Virus genome (UHGV): UHGV-0335474
From: a virus
Reading direction: 5' to 3' (one strand)
DNA length: 36,185 bases
Shown here piece by piece: positions 20,653 through 29,782 of this stretch (position 1 is its first letter; each line of letters begins with the position of its first letter). A program made the position numbers and the translations under genes. Under the pieces are notes generated by a model. It ran no database searches, was not told the origin of the DNA, and saw only the letters and a program-made list of their open reading frames with translations.

Positions 20653-21189
20653 TCAAACAACCCACCAGTTTGCCTGATTGGATACCAGCCTTGCAGTTTT
20701 TATGGAATTAATTATGCCATGCTCAAGAGCCTTGTTAGCATCCAAAATGGTCGAGTCTGCTATCAGGGATGCCCACCTAATATGGGTTCCGATGTCGATA
20801 TTGAACGTCTCAACGAAGCGATCAAGATCGTTATCGAGGCATTTCCCGTACTCTCTCAATCTGGCATGGTCGGCGGCTGGGGAGGCAAAGCACCATAATA
20901 GAGGATGTAACAGGAATCTTGATAATGGGTTTGCGAAACGTTCTGAGCCAGCCAGGAAAACGATATTAGCTATGGATTCAACATTGCTTATGTTGTGAGT
21001 TCTAACGGTAACAGGGAGTGACTTAAGAAAGTTATACGCAGTAAAGCCAGCGGCAGTTTCCCCTCCCTGACTTGATATATGGATATTTAATTCAGTTGCG
21101 CCTTGAGATAATGCGGTGAGACAGTGGTTCTGAAGTTGCCCAACAGTGGCAGTGTTAACGGGGCATAAGAAATGAATTGTGTGCAGCAT
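20653..21189 (-). CDS. ClpP-like serine peptidase (S14-family fold)
   Basis: 178 aa; aligns by eye to the ClpP core (ISSQGG vs INSPGG, Ser in NVESIAN vs GQAASMG, His in RFLLHPL vs RVMIHQP). Start overlaps the mnt stop (TAATG). Confidence 0.65.
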   Translation of the reverse strand: MLHTIHFLCPVNTATVGQLQNHCLTALSQGATELNIHISSQGGETAAGFTAYNFLKSLPVTVRTHNISNVESIANIVFLAGSERFANPLSRFLLHPLLWCFASPAADHARLREYGKCLDNDLDRFVETFNIDIGTHIRWASLIADSTILDANKALEHGIINSIKTARLVSNQANWWVV

Positions 21190-21443
21190 TATTTATCATC
21201 CTTGCCATAAATCTTTTTAAGTGTCTCAAACACAACGGCCTTGAACTGCTCTGCTTGCTGATCAGCCAAGCGTTCAGCTTCGTCGCGATATCCTGTAATC
21301 GGTGATGGTTTTGATAGTGCATCCTGAACGATTTGTAATAACTCAGAGTTCATTGACCTTCCGTTAGCCTCGGCTCTTAATTTCAATTTTTCTCTTACTT
21401 CCAAAGGCATACGGAAGTTAAAGTGCGGATCGTCTCTAGCCAT
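21189..21443 (-). CDS. mnt: Mnt repressor (ribbon-helix-helix)
   Basis: 84 aa, MARDDPHFNFRMPLEVREKLKLRAEANGRSMNSELLQIVQDALSKPSPITGYR..., near-identical to P22 Mnt as recalled. Confidence 0.85.
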   Translation of the reverse strand: MARDDPHFNFRMPLEVREKLKLRAEANGRSMNSELLQIVQDALSKPSPITGYRDEAERLADQQAEQFKAVVFETLKKIYGKDDK

Positions 21444-21466
21444 GCCATCACTCCAAGTTAGTATCT

Positions 21467-21730
21467 CTAACTTTCGTCTTTATTGTTGCTATACATGCAT
21501 TTCAACTTCTCAACATCATGTTCAAGATCTATCAATCGTGATGCTATAGTTGCAAGGTCTAGTGCTTGAATGTGTTTATTTTTTTCGGTCCATGCTTCAA
21601 GTGCCGCGACCATCTCAGCATTTAATGAACGAGAATTAGCCTCAGCCAGTTCAATAAGACGTTCCTTTATCTCTACAGGAAGCCTCAGATTCACTTGAGG
21701 GTTTTTGTACTTACGATCAGACATCGGCAC
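21467..21730 (-). CDS. Arc/Mnt-family ribbon-helix-helix DNA-binding protein
   Basis: 87 aa, VNLRLPVEIKERLIELAEANSRSLNAEMVAALEAW: RHH motif. First gene of the leftward mnt operon. Confidence 0.6.
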   Translation of the reverse strand: MPMSDRKYKNPQVNLRLPVEIKERLIELAEANSRSLNAEMVAALEAWTEKNKHIQALDLATIASRLIDLEHDVEKLKCMYSNNKDES

Positions 21731-21761
21731 ATCCTGAATAATTTTTTACCACAGGATATGT

Positions 21762-21790
21762 AGGTATCTATTGACTATCAATGCGTACCT
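21762..21790. promoter_or_regulatory. Nested palindromic operator-like element in the divergent immI-like promoter region
   Basis: AGGTA-TCT-ATTGA-CTA-TCAAT-GCG-TACCT, plus a direct repeat ATGCGTACC x2 at 21781-21809, between the leftward RHH/mnt operon and the rightward arc-like/ant operon. Confidence 0.45.
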
Positions 21791-21829
21791 AAATACTATG
21801 TATGCGTACCACATATAACGGAGGATGCA

Positions 21830-21970
21830 ATGAAGGTAAAAACACTGCGTATGCCAGAGAAGTTAGAAAAAATCCTTGAAGAGAAAGCAAAGGAAGAGTG
21901 TCGCTCATTTAGTGCAGAAGTAATTAAACGGGTGATGGACAGCCTGAAGAGAGAGGGGATAACGGTATGA
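21830..21970 (+). CDS. arc: Arc-like repressor (ribbon-helix-helix), 46 aa
   Basis: Read manually (below track cutoff): MKVKTLRMPEKLEKILEEKAKEECRSFSAEVIKRVMDSLKREGITV, resembling P22 Arc as recalled. GGAGG SD 5 nt upstream. Confidence 0.6.
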   Translation: MKVKTLRMPEKLEKILEEKAKEECRSFSAEVIKRVMDSLKREGITV

Positions 21971-22170
21971 GTAAAGAATGTTGTTTCTGCGGCATTAGCG
22001 AATCAGACGCTGATCAAACATACATTTACTCTAAAGAAACAGGTCGGATGCTGTGTAGTGACTGCGTGTTGGACATCATAAGATACAAGCATCTTGGATG
22101 TTCTGCCAGCATTAGCAATATAGGTGAAGTATATGAAGGGAAAGATATAACTGATAGAGCAGAAAGTTGA
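21967..22170 (+). CDS. Small Cys-rich (zinc-ribbon-like) hypothetical protein
   Basis: 67 aa with CCFC...CSDC; ATGA overlap with the arc-like stop. Confidence 0.4.
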   Translation: MSKECCFCGISESDADQTYIYSKETGRMLCSDCVLDIIRYKHLGCSASISNIGEVYEGKDITDRAES

Positions 22171-22233
22171 AGCCCCAACTGCGGTAACAGTCAGGGCTTC
22201 GGTATCGTAAAACCACGCATAGGAATTAACGAC

Positions 22234-23157
22234 ATGACGAGTGTAGCAATTGCAGAACATACAATCAACGTTCCATTCCACGGCGCAGAGCTTTATGTTG
22301 TCAATCACAACGGCGAACCGTATACCCCAATGAAACCTATCGTTGAGGGAATGGGGCTAGACTGGAAATCTCAACATAAGAAGATTTCTCAACGCTTCTC
22401 GAAGGGTATGGTGGAAATCACCATACCTTCTGCCGGTGGGGTGCAAGCCATGATTTGTATGGCTTTACGAAAATTGGCAGCTTGGTTGAACAGCATCAGT
22501 CCTAACAAAGTCCGCCCTGAAATCCGCGACAAGGTAATCCAGTATCAGGAAGAGTGTGACGATGTGCTCTACGAGTACTGGACTAAAGGCTATGTAGTTA
22601 ACCCACGCAAATCTAAAAAGGCGTTGCCGGGTAAAATCACCACTGAACAGCAGGAAGCCATTAAACAACTCGTCATGAGTCGCGGTCAGTCTCTGCCAAA
22701 AGAAAAACAGGCTAAGGCGATGATCACCATGTGGTCGTCACTGAAATCCCATTTTGGATGTTCGTACAAAGAAATCAGTGAGGAGCAGTTTACCGAAGCA
22801 CTGTCACTTGCTGCTCGCGTTCCGCTTGAAGGTGAGTTCATTGGCAAACAAGAGAAGAAAACCAACGAGCTTTCTGCAAAAGAAGCAAACAGCCTTGTAT
22901 GGTTATGGGATTATGCCAACCGTTCACAGGCATTATTCCGCGAACTGTATCCGGCGCTAAAACAAATTCAATCGAACTATTCCGGCAGATGCTACGACTA
23001 CGGTCATGAGTTCTCGTATGTTATCGGAATGGCGAGAGACGTTTTAATCAATCACACACGAGATGTTGATATTAATGAGCCAGACGGACCAACGAATCTT
23101 TCCGCATGGATGAGACTTAAGAATAAAGAATTACCTCCTTCAGTACATAACTACTGA
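22234..23157 (+). CDS. ant: Antirepressor (Ant; AntA-like N-terminal domain)
   Basis: 307 aa downstream of arc in an immI-like layout; N-terminal FHG.ELYVV..NGEP pattern. Confidence 0.65.
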   Translation: MTSVAIAEHTINVPFHGAELYVVNHNGEPYTPMKPIVEGMGLDWKSQHKKISQRFSKGMVEITIPSAGGVQAMICMALRKLAAWLNSISPNKVRPEIRDKVIQYQEECDDVLYEYWTKGYVVNPRKSKKALPGKITTEQQEAIKQLVMSRGQSLPKEKQAKAMITMWSSLKSHFGCSYKEISEEQFTEALSLAARVPLEGEFIGKQEKKTNELSAKEANSLVWLWDYANRSQALFRELYPALKQIQSNYSGRCYDYGHEFSYVIGMARDVLINHTRDVDINEPDGPTNLSAWMRLKNKELPPSVHNY

Positions 23158-23176
23158 CAGATAACCAACGCAACGA

Positions 23177-23199
23177 CCCAGCTTCGGCTGGGTTTTTTT
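23177..23199 (+). terminator. Rho-independent terminator after ant
   Basis: CCCAGC-TTCG-GCTGGG hairpin followed by T7. Confidence 0.8.
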
Positions 23200-23257
23200 A
23201 TGCCCAAAATTCACCGTAGCCATGCTGCGGCGATTCCTTGTGTCTGGAGCAAATTAA

Positions 23258-25945
23258 ATGAGAGACATTACAGCCAATGTGATCGTATCGATGCCTTCGC
23301 AACTCTTCACTATGGCGCGTTCTTTTAAAGCCGTAGCTAATGGCAAAATTTATATCGGTAAAATTGACACTGATCCTGTAAATCCAGAAAACCAGATTCA
23401 GGTCTATGTGGAGAATGAAGACGGTTCTCACGTTCCTGTTTCGCAACCAATAATCATTAACGCTGCTGGATATCCTGTATATAACGGACAGATTGCCAAA
23501 TTCGTTACCGTGCAAGGCCATTCTATGGCTGTTTATGATGCGTATGGTGCGCAGCAGTTCTATTTTCCTAATGTGCTGAAGTATGACCCTGATCAGTCAT
23601 TGAAATATGTAGAAGGGGCATTGCTTGTTACTGACTTAGGTAATGGGACGTTTAAGAATAGTAGAAAAGACGTTGCCATTGGGGATAATCTAACAGGAAC
23701 CAATTTTATTAGAATAAACGGCGGCGTCTATAAATGCACTCCAGTTGCAACTGGAATTGTTACTGAGATCAAACATAGATACATTATCGCAGGCGGGGTT
23801 AAAAGCTACCTGTCTCATATTTCCAGGCATGTCAGTGGTACGCGTAGGCCGCTGAACTGGAAATTAGAATTCAGCATCATAGACGATGAGATTACCGCAG
23901 ATCTTAAAGATCAGTATGGTTACACGACCATGGGATTTCAGGGGATTTACATAGACAGCAATGATGGAATGGTATACATCGGCTGGCAGACGCTAGACCC
24001 CGCATCGGTATGGGTTACGGTGCATGACTGGGTAACAGGAGCATTGGTAACACGTCTTCATTTTCCGAATAACGTTGGTGCACCAGAAGGCATCCACGTT
24101 TACCGAGTGGCAGGACAGCGTTACATCCTGCTGCCGTACAGCCCATCTCGCACTATCAGAATTTACCCTATCGAAGATCCGCGTACGCTGGTTGATAAAA
24201 CGCAGATTACAAACTTCACTGAATCAACACGCCTTGGAGTGCGATATCAGTTTAGTGGCTTTGGTAATACCCTGATATACGAAAATGCGGATATGGGTTG
24301 GCCGAAAATTTTTGATGTTGAGACAGGTGTATCCAATATCTTTAACACACTGGATATTAACAGCCTTATAGAAGGATCTTACAGTCCAATGGGGACTATT
24401 ACGGTTGATGCAAATGTTGGAGGTCGCGGAGCCGGTAAACCAAAACGGCAGGGTGTCGCTCTTGGTTCTCAACGGATATTTGCTGGTATTGGTGCATCTA
24501 CCACGGCGGGATCTGGAAATACTTTCGCAGGGTTGCAGGGTTATATTGAGTACAGCCTTAATGGTTCAGAATTAGGTCAGTACCTGCTGTCACCTGCAGA
24601 TTTCAAAACATACTGGGATAGTTATTCAGGGAAGAGTGTTTACTCCACTGAAAATGAGGGGGTGCAGTCTTGTGATATTTCTGGCTCTGAGGAATTGTAT
24701 CTTCTACAGTCTATTCGCTATGACAATGGGGGCGGATCAAATTATAGGACTTTAAACATCATTCGCGCTAACTGTCCATCTAATGAACCTGGAACAGTAG
24801 ACATGACTCCGCTATCCAATGCCTCATCACAGTTATTTAACCCTCGCGGAAGGGTGATTAACGCTGGCCGTCACCCTGTAAACCCGGCTGATGGTATTGC
24901 GCTATTTACATCGGCACAGGCTATTTGTGACTATTTGCGGAATACAGATGCAGGTAGATATGTGACATATCTTGAACAGGATATGCCACTGTTTGAAGGT
25001 GGGCCATCTGCGCCAGGACAGATGACGCTGCCAGCATTCTGCCTATTGCAGATCGACTTCATCAACGGCGATACCTGGGAAATTACAGTTAATGGAACTA
25101 ACAGGGCTAATAATTATACAGGAAGGATTTCCAAAAACGGCGGGTACAACTCTTTTACTAAGGTGTCCTCCCGCAGCATGTCGATTCTCGGATCCCCTGG
25201 TCTGGTTGATGTATCAATTCGCTCACCTAACTCACTAAATCTTCCAGAATTTGCTGGAGACTGGTCTACTGGTGTAAGTATAGGAGCTGCAGGTGGGGTG
25301 ACAAACTGGCAGCCAGAAGGAACAGGTAACGGAGCATTATGGGAGTCAGGATATGCAAAAAACCGTGTGTTGCAGATATTCATGTCCACAACATCAAAAC
25401 TGTTCTTCCGCTACGCAGACGATGCTATTCGCGCAGGTAACACAGGCTGGGCTGAGGCATGGTCGTCGCTGAACACGACCGTCGATTCAAGTGGTTTCAT
25501 CAAAAAAGCCTCTCCGGTTGTGAAGATTTTCTCAGACGGTAGTAGTGAAACAAATCGCGAATCAGATGGGGTAACCGTCACACGGCTGGCATTGGGTGAA
25601 TATCTGATTGAGGGTTGCGTAGGTCTGAATGCAGATGCTTCATGGGGGGGGATTGATGGTGGATTTGAAATACCGCAGGACCGAAACAAGCAGCCGCTCA
25701 TCTGGCTGGATTATGTTGTTAACCAAGATGGATCTGTGTTGGTGAAAACGTTTCACCGCACTCATGATAACTCGCCCGTTTTTGCACGTAACGACATCCC
25801 TGGTGTTTCGAACGGTGACCCGATCGACATTCCTGCTAATCAATTCGTTTCTGTGCGAGTACAGATGCCTGAGGATTCTGCATGGAATAAGCTTAAGGAA
25901 CAACTAAATAAGGCTGAATTGATAGAAGATGATGTTGTGGAATAG
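23258..25945 (+). CDS. Tailspike protein (P22 gp9-like head-binding domain plus divergent receptor-binding domain)
   Basis: 895 aa. The first ~110 aa match the P22 tailspike N-terminus as recalled (ITANV.VS.P...F....[33 protein letters not shown]...NVLKYDPDQ); the remainder is unrelated to P22/Sf6 spikes. Confidence 0.85.
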   Translation: MRDITANVIVSMPSQLFTMARSFKAVANGKIYIGKIDTDPVNPENQIQVYVENEDGSHVPVSQPIIINAAGYPVYNGQIAKFVTVQGHSMAVYDAYGAQQFYFPNVLKYDPDQSLKYVEGALLVTDLGNGTFKNSRKDVAIGDNLTGTNFIRINGGVYKCTPVATGIVTEIKHRYIIAGGVKSYLSHISRHVSGTRRPLNWKLEFSIIDDEITADLKDQYGYTTMGFQGIYIDSNDGMVYIGWQTLDPASVWVTVHDWVTGALVTRLHFPNNVGAPEGIHVYRVAGQRYILLPYSPSRTIRIYPIEDPRTLVDKTQITNFTESTRLGVRYQFSGFGNTLIYENADMGWPKIFDVETGVSNIFNTLDINSLIEGSYSPMGTITVDANVGGRGAGKPKRQGVALGSQRIFAGIGASTTAGSGNTFAGLQGYIEYSLNGSELGQYLLSPADFKTYWDSYSGKSVYSTENEGVQSCDISGSEELYLLQSIRYDNGGGSNYRTLNIIRANCPSNEPGTVDMTPLSNASSQLFNPRGRVINAGRHPVNPADGIALFTSAQAICDYLRNTDAGRYVTYLEQDMPLFEGGPSAPGQMTLPAFCLLQIDFINGDTWEITVNGTNRANNYTGRISKNGGYNSFTKVSSRSMSILGSPGLVDVSIRSPNSLNLPEFAGDWSTGVSIGAAGGVTNWQPEGTGNGALWESGYAKNRVLQIFMSTTSKLFFRYADDAIRAGNTGWAEAWSSLNTTVDSSGFIKKASPVVKIFSDGSSETNRESDGVTVTRLALGEYLIEGCVGLNADASWGGIDGGFEIPQDRNKQPLIWLDYVVNQDGSVLVKTFHRTHDNSPVFARNDIPGVSNGDPIDIPANQFVSVRVQMPEDSAWNKLKEQLNKAELIEDDVVE

Positions 25946-25984
25946 GTCTGTGATATTGGCATAGGTATAAGTGTCCGCTATTTG

Positions 25985-26006
25985 GGTGGCATTACGCCAC
26001 CTTTTC
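25985..26006 (+). terminator. Rho-independent terminator after tailspike
   Basis: GGTGGC-ATTAC-GCCACC hairpin followed by a TTTT(C) run. Confidence 0.5.
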
Positions 26007-26305
26007 ATCAAGCCAGTCCGCCCATCACTGCATCATTTCTCTGCGCTTATCGTGGCAGATGCCTCACTATCACACGGTGATAGTTCATTACTGGTTTGCA
26101 TAATGGATAGAGAACTGAGGATAAAAGATATCCCAAAATCCCAAAATCTCATCTTTAGGATTTGCAGAAAGGGAGGCGTGAACAAATACCTGCGCATGAA
26201 AACGGAACTAGTCCAGATGTGATGTTTGTGGTGATTACATACATCATTAACGATGCTCGTTATGGTGAGTTTGATGACTACCCGCTGAAGTGAAAATTGT
26301 GTTGT

Positions 26306-26598
26306 GTACCAAATTGCGTACCAAACTAAAATCACAAATCATGAAACCCTTGTTCATGGCGGTTCTCAGGGGTGTTTCGCGTAATCGTGAAAGAGGAAGG
26401 TAGGTTGTTTATCTGTGTCTGTCATTGTCTATCATTGTCCACTGTAGTTAATTAACTGTCTGTTATAACTCGAAAAACAACCATTTTTTCACCTGAGTAT
26501 GTCTACGAACGTCAAATATAGTTGTTTACTGTGCGCTGTTGTCCATGTGATATTGTGTACCAGATGTGTACCAAACCATTATTTCTGAGCGTACCAAA
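26306..26598 (+). repeat. Putative attP arm-type integrase binding sites (five direct GTACCA[A/G]A repeats)
   Basis: Copies at 26306, 26318, 26557, 26568, 26591, flanking ~230 bp that would contain the core; immediately upstream of int. Confidence 0.5.
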
Positions 26599-26606
26599 TA
26601 TTATTT

Positions 26607-27785
26607 ATGGCTATAAGCGACACAAAACTGCGTACTATTTATGGTAAACCATATTCGGGCCCACAAGAAGTGGCTGATGCCGATGGCCTCAGCGTACGAA
26701 TTTCACCGAAGGGGGTCATCCAGTTCCAGTACCGCTATCGCTGGCATGGCAAGCCTAATCGACTTGGGCTTGGTCGATACCCATCCCTGTCTTTGAAGGA
26801 TGCCAGACAGATCACTGCTGACTTGCGAAAGCTCTATTTCTCAGGAACGGATCCACGCACCTATTTTGAAGAGAAGGTGGAGAACTCCATGACGGTCGCC
26901 CAGTGTCTCGACTACTGGTTCGACAATTACGTCTCTACAACTCTCAGAGAAAAGACCCAGGCACTTTACCGATCAACGGTTATGAAGCGCATGCATGACG
27001 CCTTTCCTAATCGTCCGGCATCTTCTATCACGGTTAAGCAATGGGTTGACCTGCTTACCGAAGAAGAAAGAGATAATCCACGCCGAGCAAGGCAGGTGCT
27101 AAGTCAACTAAGATCAGCAATAAGTTGGTGCATGCGGCGTCAGTTGATAGATAGTTGCGCAATTATGAGCATCCAGCCAAGGGACTTCGGCTCACGCGCT
27201 GAGGTAGGGGATCGGGTACTGTCGTATCACGAACTGGCTAAGATTTGGCTTGCTATTGAAAGAAGCCGTGCTTCTACGTCAAATAAGCTGCTTCATCAGA
27301 TGCTTATGCTGTGGGGGGCGAGGCTCTCAGAGCTTAGGCTGGCAACAAAGACAGAATTTGACCTGCTGGACAACGTATGGACCGTACCGAAAGAGCATAG
27401 CAAGATGGGTAATGTTATCCGCCGTCCAATCTTCGAACAAATTAAGCCTTTTCTCGAAAAGGCCATGACAACGTACAATGATGTTCTTTTCCCTGGAGAA
27501 GACATAAACAAACCGATCAGCATCGCTGCAGCCAACCGATTCGTAAATAGAATAAGGGGAGGGATGGATCTAGGTTACTGGCGAACACACGATTTCAGAA
27601 GAACGCTTGTTACACGGCTGTCCGAGATGAATGTCGAGCCTCATGTTACTGAGCGAATGCTCGGTCATGAACTTGGCGGGATAATGTCCGTATACAATAA
27701 ACACGACTGGATAGAGGCTCAGCGCAAAGCGTATGAGCTTCACGCTGATAAATTGTTCTGGCACATCAGGAGCATTTCTGATTAA
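26607..27785 (+). CDS. int: Tyrosine integrase
   Basis: 392 aa; conserved HDFRRT and GHELGGIMSVYNKHDW (H-x-x-R...Y catalytic region). Confidence 0.9.
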   Translation: MAISDTKLRTIYGKPYSGPQEVADADGLSVRISPKGVIQFQYRYRWHGKPNRLGLGRYPSLSLKDARQITADLRKLYFSGTDPRTYFEEKVENSMTVAQCLDYWFDNYVSTTLREKTQALYRSTVMKRMHDAFPNRPASSITVKQWVDLLTEEERDNPRRARQVLSQLRSAISWCMRRQLIDSCAIMSIQPRDFGSRAEVGDRVLSYHELAKIWLAIERSRASTSNKLLHQMLMLWGARLSELRLATKTEFDLLDNVWTVPKEHSKMGNVIRRPIFEQIKPFLEKAMTTYNDVLFPGEDINKPISIAAANRFVNRIRGGMDLGYWRTHDFRRTLVTRLSEMNVEPHVTERMLGHELGGIMSVYNKHDWIEAQRKAYELHADKLFWHIRSISD

Positions 27786-27957
27786 CGCCACCGTTAAGAA
27801 TCCACCCTTCAACAGCTTCACGAAGGTATGATTTGGGGTGGGTTCTGACTGGCTTCGGAAATCCGTGCCGTTTGGTATAGTTCCAGATTGTCTGACGTGA
27901 TGAAACACCGAGCTTGTTCATCACTTCTTTCTCAGGAATCAGGCTGGTATCGGTCAT
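27766..27957 (-). CDS. xis: AlpA/Xis-family excisionase-like DNA-binding protein
   Basis: 63 aa, LIPEKEVMNKLGVSSRQTIWNYTKRHGFPKPVR: AlpA-like HTH. Convergent with and overlapping the int 3' end. Confidence 0.65.
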   Translation of the reverse strand: MTDTSLIPEKEVMNKLGVSSRQTIWNYTKRHGFPKPVRTHPKSYLREAVEGWILNGGVNQKCS

Positions 27958-28036
27958 CTTAACTCTCCAGGCAAAAATAAACCGCCATATAGCGGCTCTA
28001 TCAGATATGAACAGGCCTCATCGAGTGTGAGGCGGG

Positions 28037-28381
28037 TTAGTCCTTGCGTAGCTCGCTGATTCTTCTGTAAGTCTCTGGTGCTTTGTTTCCGTGTATCTTC
28101 ATTTCAGACTTCAACAGAGCAACGAGGGAATCCCATTCGTTGAGGATTCCTTTGAATGCCGGAACGCGCTTTGCAACCTTGTCGAATGAATCTCTGATTT
28201 CTGGAATCTGCTCAACAAGTGCAACGCATCGTCGGAAATCGGCTGCGTCATGTGGAGCGCCGAAGCTATGACCATAGATATTCTTTTTCAGTCCACATGC
28301 GATTGAGGCAAGAGTTGCGCTACTGATGCCTACATCGCCAGTCGATTGCCATTTCAAAACCTTCATAGCCAAATCTGACAT
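28037..28381 (-). CDS. Hypothetical protein
   Basis: Start moved to internal MSDLAMKV (GGAGA SD), because the track start at 28408 lies inside a terminator hairpin. Confidence 0.45.
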   Translation of the reverse strand: MSDLAMKVLKWQSTGDVGISSATLASIACGLKKNIYGHSFGAPHDAADFRRCVALVEQIPEIRDSFDKVAKRVPAFKGILNEWDSLVALLKSEMKIHGNKAPETYRRISELRKD

Positions 28382-28394
28382 TTCTTGTCTCCAA

Positions 28395-28415
28395 TAAAAA
28401 ACCGCCATCAGGCGG
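28395..28415 (-). terminator. Rho-independent terminator (minus strand)
   Basis: Minus strand reads CCGCC-TGAT-GGCGG followed by TTTTTTATT; overlaps the stop of the 55-aa ORF. Confidence 0.6.
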
Positions 28416-28575
28416 TTTGGTGTTCTTTCAGTTCTTCAATTCGAATATTGGTTACGTCTGCATGCGCTATCTGCGCCCATATCATCCAGTGGTTATAGCA
28501 GTCGTTGATGTCCTCTGCTTCGATAACTCTGTTGAATGGTTCTCCATTCCATTCACCTGTGACTCGGAAGTGCAT
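28408..28575 (-). CDS. Small hypothetical protein (55 aa)
   Basis: Read manually: MHFRVTGEWNGEPFNRVIEAEDINDCYNHWMIWAQIAHADVTNIRIEELKEHQTA. GGAGA SD 6 nt upstream. Confidence 0.4.
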   Translation of the reverse strand: MHFRVTGEWNGEPFNRVIEAEDINDCYNHWMIWAQIAHADVTNIRIEELKEHQTA

Positions 28576-28663
28576 TTATCATCTCCATAAAACAAAACCC
28601 GCCGTAGCGAGTTCAGATAAAAGAAATCCCCGCGAGTGCGAGGATAGTTACTTGTTCATATTA

Positions 28664-28963
28664 TTAATCGTCAATGTATTTTGAGCATTGTGGGCAATCA
28701 TCGATCCCACAATACGATTCATATGCATCCTTTATTGCGTCGCGGGCTTCAGTAAGAGTATTGAATAAGTTGCAGCTATTATCTTTTTGATATAGGTAAG
28801 TTCCTAATTTATAAGCAGAAGAAGCATCATTTCCGCTGTCTAAAATTACATCGTTATGGATTCTGCACCTTGCAAGAACTCCTGATCCCATAAGGGTCTG
28901 CATAGCCCATTGCTCTTGATCTTCACACAAATCATGAATGCTCATTTCAACACCTCTCTTCAC
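28664..28963 (-). CDS. Cys-rich hypothetical protein in an AT-rich moron
   Basis: 99 aa; local GC is much lower than the flanks, with an AT-rich upstream region at 28964-29060. Confidence 0.45.
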   Translation of the reverse strand: MKRGVEMSIHDLCEDQEQWAMQTLMGSGVLARCRIHNDVILDSGNDASSAYKLGTYLYQKDNSCNLFNTLTEARDAIKDAYESYCGIDDCPQCSKYIDD

Positions 28964-29059
28964 GTTTCACACACGTTAAGATTAACAGTGTTTTTACATG
29001 CTTTGGAAGATTTATTTTATAAAAACTCTTTTAATACAAATAGATATAATAGTTCACTA

Positions 29060-29782
29060 TTATAGCTCCTTTAATCGAGGCGGTTCTGGTAGAGGCATCC
29101 AGTGGGTTACACCGCCAATTGGCTCATCGTCGTCGTACTCCAATGCGGCTATATAGAACCCGTCACGACGAGAATAAGAAATCCCGGACATTACAATGCC
29201 ATCCGAAACAACAATAATGTCACCCGTTTCTTTCGGCATTCGCTCACTACAGCTTATCCAACCATCCGGAGTTCCCGGAGAGTTGCCATTTACATCGAAG
29301 TTTGGCTCTGCGTCCTGAACCAGGAGGATGTAACCATTCTTGGCTGTATCAAGTTCTAACGCCTCGGTGACGGTGCCGAAATAGCGATTACCTAAATCAG
29401 CATCACAAGTGCTTACATCAATGGAAACTTCCATGCCTTCGATTAATTCTGCCAAGTTGTAAGCTTGGCTTACAGGTTCGGCTTCCAATTCTGCTATGCG
29501 CTTATTTGCTGCTTCCAGCTCATCCAGCAGCGCCAAGACGGTAGCAGGATTGGCTGCGGCGATGAATTCAGCATTGGCCTGCTGTTCCATTTGGAAATCT
29601 TCATCGAAACCGCTTTCAGGATGCGCTCCTTCAATTCTGCAAATGGGAAGATATCCAGCAGCCTTGCGATGAATTAGCGCATCATCACCATCAAATCGGC
29701 CCTCTCCATATTCGAGCGACCACGCACCACACGTTGCTTTCTCTGCCTTAGCACGCAGTGCCTGATAGTCAATTTCGCTCAC
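29060..29782 (-). CDS. Ead/Ea22-like protein with DUF551-like C-terminal domain
   Basis: 240 aa, [21 protein letters not shown]... with a coiled-coil middle and a C-terminus WISCSERMPKE...HWMPLPEPP typical of the family. Confidence 0.6.
   Translation of the reverse strand: MSEIDYQALRAKAEKATCGAWSLEYGEGRFDGDDALIHRKAAGYLPICRIEGAHPESGFDEDFQMEQQANAEFIAAANPATVLALLDELEAANKRIAELEAEPVSQAYNLAELIEGMEVSIDVSTCDADLGNRYFGTVTEALELDTAKNGYILLVQDAEPNFDVNGNSPGTPDGWISCSERMPKETGDIIVVSDGIVMSGISYSRRDGFYIAALEYDDDEPIGGVTHWMPLPEPPRLKEL

Noticed and set aside
20611-20898. 95-aa plus-strand ORF overlapping the ClpP-like gene
   Set aside because: Antisense to a longer ORF with recognisable protease motifs; no SD.
25971-26335. 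Two overlapping ORFs (83 aa plus strand, 100 aa minus strand) in the tailspike-int intergenic region
   Set aside because: Region has attP-like architecture (repeats, palindromes); no SDs and no recognisable protein features.
25946-26606. Search for a tRNA gene or tRNA 3' fragment as attachment core
   Set aside because: No GGTTCGA(A/G)TCC-type T-arm or CCA-terminated acceptor-like sequence found by eye; a tRNA scan would settle it.
27570-27908. 112-aa minus-strand ORF overlapping the int 3' end and the xis-like gene
   Set aside because: Antisense to the integrase catalytic region and overlaps the better-supported AlpA-like ORF.
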